From Candidatus Omnitrophota bacterium (GTDB taxonomy: Bacteria; Omnitrophota; Gorgyraeia; JABMRN01; RBG-13-46-9): 64,000 bases of DNA. Numbering within the stretch: position 1 is the stretch's first letter; every line of letters starts with the position of its first letter. The notes beneath the pieces were generated by a model. It was not told the origin of the DNA. It ran no database searches and worked only from the letters and a program-made list of their open reading frames with translations. Made by a program: the position numbers and the translations under genes. The DNA lies in NCBI GenBank assembly GCA_013203315.1, contig JABMQJ010000016.1, positions 1-64,000 on the forward strand, in the 5' to 3' direction. Below, in pieces: positions 1 through 9,331 of this stretch.

Positions 1-6
1 ATTCAG

Positions 7-137
7 CTTACTACAATTTTTTGAAGAAGAAAGAGCTCCGCCGTTACCGTGCTAAGTCGTACACAATACCCTCTCATTCCGTTAAGTTTGGGGAAAAGAA
101 TCGCGTCTATTGCTTCTTGCACAGAGTAAGGAGAAGG
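7..137. repeat. Dispersed non-coding palindromic element, copy 1 (right arm only; probably cut by the window edge)
   Basis: 7-86 aligns to 44211-44289 with the first 27 nt identical (cttactacaattttttgaagaagaaag). About 90-127 is a near reverse complement of about 44052-44089. Confidence 0.85.
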
Positions 138-152
138 GGTACGTGTTTTAGA

Positions 153-181
153 TTGACAGTGGAAAATTTATGTGTTAGGCT
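153..181 (+). promoter_or_regulatory. Sigma70-type promoter for the yggS operon
   Basis: TTGACA (153-158), 17 bp spacer, TG-n-TAGGCT (176-181). Confidence 0.65.
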
Positions 182-195
182 ATACCGTCAAAAAA

Positions 196-852
196 ATGAT
201 TAAAGAAAACCTAACAAGCGTCAGGGAGCGAATAGCTAGGGCAGCTGGAAGGGCAGGCCGGGACCCGAATACTGTAAAGCTAATCGCTGTTACGAAAAAA
301 GCCGAAGTTGAGGCCGTGCGCGAGGCCATAGTAGCCGGCGTAACCGATATCGGTGAAAATCGCGTAAAAGAGGCGCTTTTAAAGAGGCAGGCCCTGGACT
401 TGCATCTTGTTAATTGGCACATGATAGGGCACCTTCAGTCTAGAAAAGTGCATGACGCCGTTAATCTGTTTTCAGTCATTCATTCAGTCGATAGCCTTAA
501 ATTAGCATATATAATTAATAAAGAAGCCGAGAAACAGGATAAAGCCCAGGACATATTAATCGAGGTAAATGTTTCCGGTGAAGAAAGTAAGTTCGGTATT
601 AGGCCCGAAGGATTAGAAAAGTTTCTGGAAGAGGCCCGCTCTTTAAAGCATGTCAATATTTTAGGCCTTATGACAATGCCACCATTTGCGGAAGATCCCG
701 AAAGTGTGAGGCCCTGCTTTAAAAAACTAAAGGAAATGGCCGTGCGGTATAGCTTAAAAGAGCTTTCCATGGGCATGACACAGGATTTTGAGGTTGCCGT
801 AGAAGAGGGCGCTACAATGGTTCGCGTAGGTAGCGCGATTTTTAAAAAATAA
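196..852 (+). CDS. yggS: PLP homeostasis protein, YggS family
   Basis: LIAVTK, IGENRVKE, WHMIGHLQSRK and LSMGMTQDFEVAVEEGATMVRVGSAIF motifs. Start moved to the ATG at 196 because the ORF-track start at 172 lies inside the promoter. Confidence 0.95.
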   Translation: MIKENLTSVRERIARAAGRAGRDPNTVKLIAVTKKAEVEAVREAIVAGVTDIGENRVKEALLKRQALDLHLVNWHMIGHLQSRKVHDAVNLFSVIHSVDSLKLAYIINKEAEKQDKAQDILIEVNVSGEESKFGIRPEGLEKFLEEARSLKHVNILGLMTMPPFAEDPESVRPCFKKLKEMAVRYSLKELSMGMTQDFEVAVEEGATMVRVGSAIFKK

Positions 853-867
853 AAAAGTAGGTGGAGG

Positions 868-1686
868 ATGAAGTTAGGAATAATCGGTTGTGGGAACATG
901 GGGAGCGCCCTTGCGAAGGGCATACTTTCCAAAAAAGTATTACCGTTTAACAGTATTTACCTTAGCGATAAAGATGCGGGAAGAATAAGGCCACTTTACA
1001 AAAAATTCGGTATACGCATAAGCACGAACGAAGAAATCGCGAAAAAATGCACATTTATCATTGTTGCGGTTAAACCGCAAGACTCAAAGAAGCTATTTCA
1101 TTCGATTTCAAGCCTGCTCGATTCCTCTACAAACATTATTTCAATCATGGCAGGTGTTACTATTTCAAAAATAGAATCGCTTGTAAATAAAAAAGTCGCG
1201 CTAACACGCGCCATGCCCAACATGGCTGCCCTTGCCGGAAAAGGCATGACATGCGTGAGTTATAATAAAGCAGTGAAGCAAAAGGCCATGATTCAGAAGT
1301 TTTTTTCCGCTGTCGGGGATGTGATGGAAATTGAAGAGAAGCACATGGATGCCGTAACCGCGGTCAGCGGAAGCGGGCCGGCCTACTTTTTCTATCTCGC
1401 AGAGGCCCTGGCTGAGACAGCGGTAAAATTGGGAATTAAGCGGGAAAAAGCAGTAAAGCTTGCAGCCGCAACCCTCGTGGGAAGCGGGGCGCTCTTAGAC
1501 GACCTGAAACTTACGCCGGAAGCGCTTATAGCGCGCATAGCGTCGAAAAAAGGAACCACGGAAGCTGCATTAAGTGTTTTGAAATCGAAAAGATTCAAAG
1601 ACATCGTAGCGGCGGCAGTAAATGCTGCGGCAAAAAGATCGAAGGAACTTTCGAAGGCCTGCCAGCCGGCAGGTAGGGAGGCCTAG
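868..1686 (+). CDS. proC: Pyrroline-5-carboxylate reductase
   Basis: IGCGNMG Rossmann motif, AVKPQ, RAMPN, TAVSGSGPAYF, SKKGTT. Confidence 0.95.
   Translation: MKLGIIGCGNMGSALAKGILSKKVLPFNSIYLSDKDAGRIRPLYKKFGIRISTNEEIAKKCTFIIVAVKPQDSKKLFHSISSLLDSSTNIISIMAGVTISKIESLVNKKVALTRAMPNMAALAGKGMTCVSYNKAVKQKAMIQKFFSAVGDVMEIEEKHMDAVTAVSGSGPAYFFYLAEALAETAVKLGIKREKAVKLAAATLVGSGALLDDLKLTPEALIARIASKKGTTEAALSVLKSKRFKDIVAAAVNAAAKRSKELSKACQPAGREA
1658..1677. repeat. 20-bp REP-like palindrome CCTGCCAGCCGGCAGGTAGG in the 3' end of proC
   Basis: Near-perfect palindrome (8 of 10 Watson-Crick pairs) that encodes the atypical C-terminal tail ACQPAGR. Confidence 0.6.
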
Positions 1687-1687
1687 C

Positions 1688-1987
1688 ATGTACGTACTCG
1701 GAAATTTTATAGCCGCAATAGCCGTAATTTTGGGATACATAATTAGCGTACTGACATGGATTATTATCATAAGGGCGCTTCTCAGCTGGGTTAACCCGGA
1801 TCCGTATAACATGATAGTCCAGATCTTACATCGGGTAACAGAGCCGATATTGGCGCCGATTAGAAGAATGATACCGATGCACAATATTGGGATAGACGTA
1901 TCCCCGATCATCGCCATACTCTTTCTTTGGTTTGTGAAATTATTTATTGTTCGCACGATGATTGAATTAGCGGTTCGCTTAAGATAG
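1688..1987 (+). CDS. yggT: YggT family membrane protein
   Basis: IIIRALLSWVNPDPYN...LHRVTEPILAPIRR...IDVSPII. The ATG at 1688 follows the proC stop. Confidence 0.92.
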   Translation: MYVLGNFIAAIAVILGYIISVLTWIIIIRALLSWVNPDPYNMIVQILHRVTEPILAPIRRMIPMHNIGIDVSPIIAILFLWFVKLFIVRTMIELAVRLR

Positions 1988-2209
1988 ATGAGACTCGAGA
2001 TAAGGGTACAGCCGAGATCTTCCAGGGAAAAAGTTGTCGAGACAGGGGCGCGTTCCTTTAAAATTTACATGCACGAACCGGCAATAGGCGGAAAAGCAAA
2101 TAAAAAACTCGTAGAAATAGTAGCGAAATATTTCGGTACCGGGAAAAGCAAGATAAAAATTTTAAGCGGCTTAAAAAATAAAAATAAAATTGTAGAAATC
2201 AGGAAGTAG
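1988..2209 (+). CDS. yggU: DUF167/YggU family protein
   Basis: IRVQPRSSRE...PAIGGKANKKL...ILSG pattern; yggS-proC-yggT-yggU gene order. Confidence 0.88.
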   Translation: MRLEIRVQPRSSREKVVETGARSFKIYMHEPAIGGKANKKLVEIVAKYFGTGKSKIKILSGLKNKNKIVEIRK

Positions 2210-2220
2210 GAGGCCGACCA

Positions 2221-3081
2221 ATGGCAAAAATAGGCGTTATAGGCGGAAGCGGCTTATATGAAATAGAAGGCATAAAGGTCAAGGAGTCTCTGAAAATCCA
2301 AACGCCTTTCGGAGAACCCTCAGGCGAATATACTATCGGTGAATTACAGGGGAAAGAAGTTGTATTTCTCCCGCGTCACGATAAAGAGCATTCAATAAGT
2401 CCGACAGACATAAATTACCGCGCGAATATTTATGGAATGAAAAAATTGGGGGTGGAATGGCTTATTTCGATATCGGCATGCGGTTCCCTGAGAGAAGAAT
2501 TAAAACCGCAGGACTTCGTAATTCCGTATCAATTTGTGGACAGGACCAGTCAGGCCAGACGCCATACCTTTTTTGAAAAAGGTATCGTAGCGCATATAGG
2601 TTTTGCTCATCCTGTTTGTAAGGATCTGGCAAAGGCGCTTTACGAATCCGCCAAATACGAAAAAATAAAGGCACATCTTGGCGGAACGTATGTCAACATG
2701 GAGGGCCCGCAATTCTCTACACTGGCCGAATCCAACCTCTACAGGAGTTGGGGGATGGACATAATAGGGATGACGAACATGGCAGAGGCGAGGCTTGCAA
2801 GAGAAGCGGAAATTTGCTACGCGACACTGGCTGCAGTTACGGACTACGACTGCTGGCATGAAACCGAAGAAACGGTGTCGGTCGACGTAATCGTAGATAA
2901 CCTTAAGAAAAATGTAGAAAAGGCAAAAAAAATATTAAAAGACATAATAGGGTGCATGGAAGAAAAAAGAACCTGCGACTGCAGGAATGCCCTGAAATTC
3001 GCAATCATTACCGACCGCAAGGCAATATCAAAGGACACTAAGGAAAAGCTGGATATTATAATCGGGAAGTACGTAAAATGA
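2221..3081 (+). CDS. mtnP: S-methyl-5'-thioadenosine phosphorylase
   Basis: IGVIGGSGLY, TPFGEPS, FLPRH, EGPQFSTLAES, GMT, VTDYDCWH. Confidence 0.93.
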   Translation: MAKIGVIGGSGLYEIEGIKVKESLKIQTPFGEPSGEYTIGELQGKEVVFLPRHDKEHSISPTDINYRANIYGMKKLGVEWLISISACGSLREELKPQDFVIPYQFVDRTSQARRHTFFEKGIVAHIGFAHPVCKDLAKALYESAKYEKIKAHLGGTYVNMEGPQFSTLAESNLYRSWGMDIIGMTNMAEARLAREAEICYATLAAVTDYDCWHETEETVSVDVIVDNLKKNVEKAKKILKDIIGCMEEKRTCDCRNALKFAIITDRKAISKDTKEKLDIIIGKYVK

Positions 3082-3977
3082 GCATTCTGGTTGTTGGATC
3101 CGTGGCGCTTGATACAATAAAAACCCCTTTCGGGAAAAAACGCAATATCTTAGGCGGCTCGGCCGTATACTTTTCCGTAAGCGCAAGTCGTTTTGCCCCG
3201 GTAAGTTTAGTTGCTGTGGTCGGTAAGGACTTTCCTTCCAAACACGTGAAATTTCTAAAAAGCAAAGGAATTGACGTTACGGGGCTAGCGTTTAAACAGG
3301 GAAAAACCTTCAGTTGGGAGGGAGAGTACGGATGGGATTTCAGCGATCCGAAAACAATAGCGACCCACCTAAACGTTTTTTCCGATTTTGATCCTGATAT
3401 ACCGCGCGAATACAGGAACAAAAAGCATGTTTTCCTGGCTAACATTGATCCGGAGCTTCAGTGGCGGGTTTTAGAAAAAATGGTAAACCCGAGACTCGTC
3501 GCCTGCGATACAATGAACTACTGGATAGAAAATAAGCGCAAAAGTCTTTTGAAATTATTGAAAAAAATTGATATTTTTCTTTTGAATGAATCCGAGGCAA
3601 AGGAGCTTACGGGCTCTTCCAATCTCCTTAAGGCAGCCAGGAATATACTGAAGCTCGGGCCGGAAAGAGTTATTATAAAAAAAGGCGAACACGGAAGCTT
3701 GCTTTTCTCCGGCAATTCTGTTTTTAGCACGCCGGCTTACTTAATGGAGACGATTGTTGACCCTACCGGAGCGGGTGATACATTTGCGGGCGGGCTTATG
3801 GGATACCTGGCGACGCAGAAGTCGATAAACCGCGCCTCTCTCCGAAGAGCGGTCGTATACGGAGGCGTAATGGCGACATTCGCGGTCCAGGATTTCAGTT
3901 TAAAACGCCTTGGTTCGGTTACAAAGAAGGATATTGCGAAAAGGTTTAAAGAATTCACAAGACTTACACAATTTTAA
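3078..3977 (+). CDS. PfkB family carbohydrate/nucleoside kinase
   Basis: VVGSVALD N-terminus, DTMNYWI, DPTGAGDTFAGG PfkB signature. Confidence 0.9.
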   Translation: MSILVVGSVALDTIKTPFGKKRNILGGSAVYFSVSASRFAPVSLVAVVGKDFPSKHVKFLKSKGIDVTGLAFKQGKTFSWEGEYGWDFSDPKTIATHLNVFSDFDPDIPREYRNKKHVFLANIDPELQWRVLEKMVNPRLVACDTMNYWIENKRKSLLKLLKKIDIFLLNESEAKELTGSSNLLKAARNILKLGPERVIIKKGEHGSLLFSGNSVFSTPAYLMETIVDPTGAGDTFAGGLMGYLATQKSINRASLRRAVVYGGVMATFAVQDFSLKRLGSVTKKDIAKRFKEFTRLTQF

Positions 3978-3978
3978 A

Positions 3979-6741
3979 ATGAGTTACAAAGACACTCTAA
4001 ATTTACCGAAGACCGCTTTCAGCATGAAGGCGAATCTTGTCCAAAAAGAACCAACTTTACTAAAAAAGTGGGAAGAAGCCGATATTTACGCACAGATAAG
4101 AAAAAAACGTAAAGGCAAAAAGAAATTTATTCTTCACGACGGCCCTCCTTACGCCAACGGGCGAATTCACATGGGCCACGTTCTGAATAAAATCCTAAAA
4201 GATATTGTTGTTAAATTTTATACAATGAAGGGTTATGATTCTCCTTTTATACCGGGCTGGGACTGTCACGGGCTTCCGGTGGAGCACCAACTTTTTAAGG
4301 AGCTGGCGATTTCAAAATACGAAATAGACCAGGTAAAATTCCGGAAAAAGGCAAAAAACTACGCGCTTAAATTCGTGGAAATCCAAAAAAAAGAATTCGA
4401 ACGCCTCGGAATTTTTGGTGACTGGGAAAAGCCCTATCTTACCCTTGATCCAAAGTACGAGGCTGCGATAACGCGTTCGTTCGCCGGGCTGGTTAAGGAA
4501 GGGTACGTATATAAAGGTTTAAAACCTGTAAACTGGTGCACTGCTTGTGAAACGGCTCTGGCGGAAGCAGAGGTAGAATACGAAGACCATGTCTCCCCGT
4601 CCATATATGTTAAATTTAAAGTAAAAGACAAAAAACCCGATACCTATTTTATCATCTGGACCACGACACCCTGGACACTTTTAGGCAATGTTGCGATAGC
4701 AGTTCATCCCGATATGTCCTACGCTGTTTTGGATGTAGAAGGAGAAAACTGGGTTATACTGGAGAGCCTCGCCGAAGGTGCCATGGCTAAATTCAAAAAA
4801 AGGTTCAAAGTAATAAAAAAACAAAAAGGCGAAGAGTTTGAAGGCACTGTTTGTCGGCACCCGTTCATAGAAAGAGACTCGAAAGTCGTGCTAGCCCCTT
4901 ATGTCTCACAAGAAGAGGGTACCGGTTGTGTGCACACTGCACCCGGGCACGGTCAGGAAGACTACACGACGGGCAAGAGATATAACCTGCCAATGATAAT
5001 GCCCGTAAATTCTAAAGGTATTTTTGATAATACATGCGGCGAGTTTAGCGGGCTTGATGTACTTCGGGCAAACCCGAAAATCCTGGAGCGGCTTAAAAAA
5101 GAAAATGCGCTTCTTCTATCCGAAGATATCGCACATTCGTATCCTCACTGCTGGAGATGCAAAAGACCCATTATCTTCAGGGCAACCGAGCAGTATTTTG
5201 TTAAGATCGACCACAAGGAATTAAGAAAAAAAATGTTGGGCGCGATAAAAAGCAAGGTCAAGTGGTACCCCGAAACGGGCCAGACAAGGATATCTGCGAT
5301 GGTTGAAAATCGCCCGGATTGGTGCCTTTCGAGGCAGCGATACTGGGGTGTCCCCATAACGGCGTTCAAATGCAAAAAATGTGACGAGATTTTATTAGAC
5401 CACAAGGTTATTGAGCATGTAGCGGGGATTATCGAAAAGGAAGGTTCAGACGCGTGGTTTATAAAAGACGAAAACGCGCTCCTCCCGGAAAAAACATCCT
5501 GCAAAAAATGCGGATCCGGTGACTTCGTCAAAGAAAAAGACATCGTAGACGTGTGGTTCGAGTCGGGCGTAAGCCACCAGGCCGTTTTAAAGCCTGACCC
5601 GGCGCTCACTTTTCCATGCGGCCTTTATCTTGAAGGCTCAGACCAGCACAGGGGCTGGTTCCAATCGTCGCTTATTACTTCACAGGCGTTGGTAGGAGGG
5701 CCTCCGTATGAAAGCGTTTTTACTCATGGCTTTGTTGTTGACGGAGTTGGGAAGAAGATGTCAAAGAGCCTGGGCAACGTTATTTCCCCGCAGGACCTCA
5801 TGAAAAAATACGGAGCCGACATACTGCGCCTTTGGGTCGCTTCGAGTAACTATCACGATGATGTAAGGCTCTCTGATGAGATTTTAAAAAGGCTTGCTGA
5901 CGCGTATAGAAAGATTAGGAATACGTTCAGATACCTGCTTGGTAACCTATACGATTTTGATCCAAAAAAAGATTCAGTTGACCCGAAAGATATGACGGAG
6001 CCGGACAGGTGGATACTTTCGAAGCTTTCCGGAATAATCGAAGAGGCGGAAAAAGATTATTCAGAGTATAAATTTTATAAAATATTCCGCGCCGCGTATA
6101 ATTTCTGTGTTTATGAAATTTCGAGTGTTTATCTGGACATTTTGAAAGATAGACTGTATACTTTCAAAAAAGATGCCCTGGAACGCAGGTCATGCCAGAC
6201 CGTTCTTTACGAAACCCTGATCGCCCTTTTAAAAATACTGGCCCCGATTTTATCCTTTACAACCGAAGAGGCCTATCAGGTTCTTTTCCCGGGCGGTTGC
6301 GAATCCATACACCTGGAGTCATGGCATTGGACCGATCAAGCTCTTAAGAAATGGAAAAACGTTGCCCTTGATAAAAAGTGGACACGTCTTCTGGAGCTTC
6401 GCGAAGAAGTTTTAAAAGCCCTGGAGGCAAAAAGAATTTCGAATGAAATCCATAGCTCTCTCGAGGCCAAAATTGTTTTATATACCGATAAGGCTGAATT
6501 TAGAAAATTTCTGGAAGAAAATATCCGGGATTTACCGGCGTTTTTTATAACTTCGCAGGTTGAAATCGCGGACACTCAGGGTGAAGCGAAAAAAGTAGAC
6601 ACGCTACCCCTTTGGATATCCGTGCAAAAGGCTTCCGGAGAAAAATGCAACAGGTGTTGGAACTATAGTCAAAGTGTAGGTAGCGATAAAGAATTTAAAG
6701 ACATCTGCCAAAGATGCTTGAACGTTATACGTGAAAGTTGA
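3979..6741 (+). CDS. ileS: Isoleucine--tRNA ligase
   Basis: HDGPPYANGRIHMGH, GWDCHGLP, WTTTPWTL, EGSDQHRGWF, KMSKS and a C-terminal CxRCW zinc motif. Start at MSYKDTLNLP (3979). Confidence 0.97.
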   Translation: MSYKDTLNLPKTAFSMKANLVQKEPTLLKKWEEADIYAQIRKKRKGKKKFILHDGPPYANGRIHMGHVLNKILKDIVVKFYTMKGYDSPFIPGWDCHGLPVEHQLFKELAISKYEIDQVKFRKKAKNYALKFVEIQKKEFERLGIFGDWEKPYLTLDPKYEAAITRSFAGLVKEGYVYKGLKPVNWCTACETALAEAEVEYEDHVSPSIYVKFKVKDKKPDTYFIIWTTTPWTLLGNVAIAVHPDMSYAVLDVEGENWVILESLAEGAMAKFKKRFKVIKKQKGEEFEGTVCRHPFIERDSKVVLAPYVSQEEGTGCVHTAPGHGQEDYTTGKRYNLPMIMPVNSKGIFDNTCGEFSGLDVLRANPKILERLKKENALLLSEDIAHSYPHCWRCKRPIIFRATEQYFVKIDHKELRKKMLGAIKSKVKWYPETGQTRISAMVENRPDWCLSRQRYWGVPITAFKCKKCDEILLDHKVIEHVAGIIEKEGSDAWFIKDENALLPEKTSCKKCGSGDFVKEKDIVDVWFESGVSHQAVLKPDPALTFPCGLYLEGSDQHRGWFQSSLITSQALVGGPPYESVFTHGFVVDGVGKKMSKSLGNVISPQDLMKKYGADILRLWVASSNYHDDVRLSDEILKRLADAYRKIRNTFRYLLGNLYDFDPKKDSVDPKDMTEPDRWILSKLSGIIEEAEKDYSEYKFYKIFRAAYNFCVYEISSVYLDILKDRLYTFKKDALERRSCQTVLYETLIALLKILAPILSFTTEEAYQVLFPGGCESIHLESWHWTDQALKKWKNVALDKKWTRLLELREEVLKALEAKRISNEIHSSLEAKIVLYTDKAEFRKFLEENIRDLPAFFITSQVEIADTQGEAKKVDTLPLWISVQKASGEKCNRCWNYSQSVGSDKEFKDICQRCLNVIRES

Positions 6742-6762
6742 TTTTAAAAGGAGGAACTAATC

Positions 6763-7212
6763 ATGTCAAAGAAAATCCAACGGAGAAAAGTGAGAAAAAT
6801 TTCAAACAAAAAAAAGGCCGCCAGACCAAAAGGCAAACTTAGCAAAAAAGAAACCGCGATTTTTAAGAAGTCGCTGATAAAAGAAAAAATAAATTTATTA
6901 CAGGGAATGAATCATCTTACAAACGAGACGTTGAAGAAATCGCAGCGCGAAGCCTCCGGCGATCTGTCCGGTTACGCATATCACATGGCGGATATGGCAA
7001 GCGATGTTTACGAAAGGGATCTTCTTTTAAAGCTTGCTTCGGGCGAAAGGGAGATTTTGTTTAAGATCGACGAGGCCCTCCAGCGCATAAAAGAAGGCAA
7101 GTATGGCTCTTGCGCTTCCTGTGACAAAAAAATCTCCAAAACGCGGCTCCGGGCTATACCGCAAACTGTTCACTGCCGCGAATGCCAGGAAAAAGAAGAA
7201 AAAAAGCAATAA
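6763..7212 (+). CDS. dksA: DksA/TraR family C4 zinc-finger protein
   Basis: Coiled coil with HMADMASD tip, IDEALQRIKEGKYG, CASC...RLRAIP...CREC; RBS ggagg. Confidence 0.85.
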   Translation: MSKKIQRRKVRKISNKKKAARPKGKLSKKETAIFKKSLIKEKINLLQGMNHLTNETLKKSQREASGDLSGYAYHMADMASDVYERDLLLKLASGEREILFKIDEALQRIKEGKYGSCASCDKKISKTRLRAIPQTVHCRECQEKEEKKQ

Positions 7213-7219
7213 TCAAAAA

Positions 7220-7657
7220 GTGAATATATTTACCGGCTCCCTGGTTATTTTCATTTTTTTCCTGGATCAAATCTCAAAATTTTTCATTTTGCGAAACTTG
7301 GACATAAATGAATCTGTCCCCGTAATACGAAACATCTTTCACGTAACCCTCGTTCAAAATACCGGAGCGGCTTTCGGCATTTTTAAAAGCGGAACACTAT
7401 TTTTTATCGTCATATCAATCTTGGCGGTAGGCGCCATTACCGTACATCTTATAAGAAAACCCAATATATCTTTATTATTGAATGCGGCGCTTTCGCTAAT
7501 ATTGGGCGGGGTGCTTGGGAATCTGTTTGACAGGGTGCGTCTCGGATACGTAATCGATTTTTTGGATTTCAGGGTGTGGCCCGTATTTAACGTGGCAGAT
7601 TCGGCAATAACAATCGGTGTAATTTTATTAATCTTTAGTCTATTACGAAAGAAGTGA
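7220..7657 (+). CDS. lspA: Lipoprotein signal peptidase II
   Basis: DQISK, NTGAAFG, GNLFDRV, VIDFLD, FNVADSAI. GTG start at 7220 inferred. Confidence 0.93.
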   Translation: MNIFTGSLVIFIFFLDQISKFFILRNLDINESVPVIRNIFHVTLVQNTGAAFGIFKSGTLFFIVISILAVGAITVHLIRKPNISLLLNAALSLILGGVLGNLFDRVRLGYVIDFLDFRVWPVFNVADSAITIGVILLIFSLLRKK

Positions 7658-7658
7658 C

Positions 7659-8399
7659 ATGCACCCGATACTTTTTGAAATTGGCCCATTTACCCTAAGA
7701 AGCTACGGTGCCCTGATTGCCCTGGCTTTTTTCGTAGGGTATTTTTTCTTGTACAGGGAAGCCAAAAAGAAAAATTTCTATCCCGACAAAATTCTTGATA
7801 TCGAGCTTATTATGCTCATTTCGGGAATTTTGGGCGCGCGCGCACTGCACGTTCTGGTGAACCTCGATTATTACCGCGCAAATTTACCTGACATGTTTTT
7901 CTTCTGGAAAGGGGGTCTTGCTTTTTACGGCGGGCTTATTTTAGCAATACTTGCATCTTGGGTATTTATCGTAAAAAATAAAATGCCAAGGTGGGAAACG
8001 GCGGATTTTATAATTCCCTATATAGCGCTCGGACAGGCAATAGGAAGAGTCGGGTGTTTTTTTAACGGATGCTGTTTTGGAAAAGAGACCGCGTCTTCTT
8101 TTGGCGTTATATTTTATGGGGATAGCATTTACAGGCATCCGACACAGCTTTACGCGGCATTTGCGCTTCTTTGCATTTTTGTTATATTGAGACTTACCCA
8201 GAAAAACGAGCCCTTTGCGGGGCTTGTTGCCGGGCTATACCTATTACTATACGGCCTTCAAAGATTCTTCATCGATTTCCTGCGCGGAGATACACCGCGC
8301 TACGCGTTAAACCTGACCGCTTCACAGCTTATAAGCATAGGGATTCTTCTTCTAGCAGCGTTTGTTTTTATAAGCCGTCGTATCCGGGAAAAGGCATAA
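7659..8399 (+). CDS. lgt: Prolipoprotein diacylglyceryl transferase
   Basis: MHPILFEIG, GAR, GGLAFYGG, IGRVGCFFNGCCFG, HPTQLY. Confidence 0.94.
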   Translation: MHPILFEIGPFTLRSYGALIALAFFVGYFFLYREAKKKNFYPDKILDIELIMLISGILGARALHVLVNLDYYRANLPDMFFFWKGGLAFYGGLILAILASWVFIVKNKMPRWETADFIIPYIALGQAIGRVGCFFNGCCFGKETASSFGVIFYGDSIYRHPTQLYAAFALLCIFVILRLTQKNEPFAGLVAGLYLLLYGLQRFFIDFLRGDTPRYALNLTASQLISIGILLLAAFVFISRRIREKA

Positions 8400-8405
8400 G
8401 TTATC

Positions 8406-9317
8406 ATGGAAGAGCATAAGCTGCGCGTTGAAATGTCGAATGCCGGAAAACGCATTGATAAATTTCTCGTAGATGCGTTTGAAGGAAAGTTTTCACGGTC
8501 TTTTATAAAAAAGCTAATTGATGCCGAAAACGTTCTTGTTGACGGAAAGCATCCAAATGCCCACTATAAGGTTTCGGCAGAAGAAATCATAAAAGTAACT
8601 ATTCCGGAACCGAAGGCCCTACAGCTAAAACCGGAAAACATCCCGCTTGATATAGCATATGAGGATAAGGATCTCCTTGTTGTCAATAAGGCGGCGGGAA
8701 TTTCAGTGCATCCGGCGGGAATGAATTTTACGGGGACACTGGTTAATGCGCTTCTTTATCACTGCAAGGATCTTTCCGGGATAGGAGGGGTGGCAAGGCC
8801 CGGGATTGTCCATCGTCTTGACAAGGAAACCTCGGGACTTTTGGTTGTTGCAAAAAACGACACTGCGCATGTAAACCTTTCAGGACAGTTTAGAAACCGG
8901 ACCGTAAAAAGAAAATATATTGCGCTTGTTAAAGGCGCGGTGCAGCTGGATAACGGCAGGATCGACCTCCCCATTGCCCGGCGCAAAAAAGACATAACCA
9001 AGATGGGGATTTCGTTCGCTGACGAAAAAAAGAAAAACGCCATAACGAATTACAAGGTTATTAAAAGATTTAAAGATTTTACAGTGCTAGAGCTTTCGCT
9101 TGAAACCGGGAGAACGCACCAGATAAGAGTGCATGCCGCGCACATGGGACATCCGGTTATCGGCGATAAACTTTACGGGTCAAAAAGGGGAGCCATGACC
9201 CATGCGTTACACGCAAAGACGCTTGGCTTTTTTCATCCTGTAACAAAAAAATTTATGGAATTTAATAGTGACATTCCGCGTGAAATGCAGGAGTTGATTA
9301 AGCGCGGGCAACTGTGA
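8406..9317 (+). CDS. rluD: RluA/RluD family pseudouridine synthase with S4 domain
   Basis: RIDKFL S4 domain, VVNKAAG, GIVHRLDKETSG, ETGRTHQIRVH. Confidence 0.92.
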   Translation: MEEHKLRVEMSNAGKRIDKFLVDAFEGKFSRSFIKKLIDAENVLVDGKHPNAHYKVSAEEIIKVTIPEPKALQLKPENIPLDIAYEDKDLLVVNKAAGISVHPAGMNFTGTLVNALLYHCKDLSGIGGVARPGIVHRLDKETSGLLVVAKNDTAHVNLSGQFRNRTVKRKYIALVKGAVQLDNGRIDLPIARRKKDITKMGISFADEKKKNAITNYKVIKRFKDFTVLELSLETGRTHQIRVHAAHMGHPVIGDKLYGSKRGAMTHALHAKTLGFFHPVTKKFMEFNSDIPREMQELIKRGQL

Positions 9318-9323
9318 TACAAT
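9294..9323 (+). promoter_or_regulatory. Internal promoter for aroA (nearly leaderless)
   Basis: TTGATT (9294-9299), 18 bp spacer, TG-n-TACAAT (9318-9323); ATG 8 nt downstream with no SD. Confidence 0.55.
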
Positions 9324-9331
9324 AGATTTCG

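Noticed and set aside
21-203. 60-aa plus-strand ORF
   Set aside because: It lies in the repeat element and the yggS promoter, and the homologous copy at 44225 hits a stop after a few codons, so it is unlikely to be coding.
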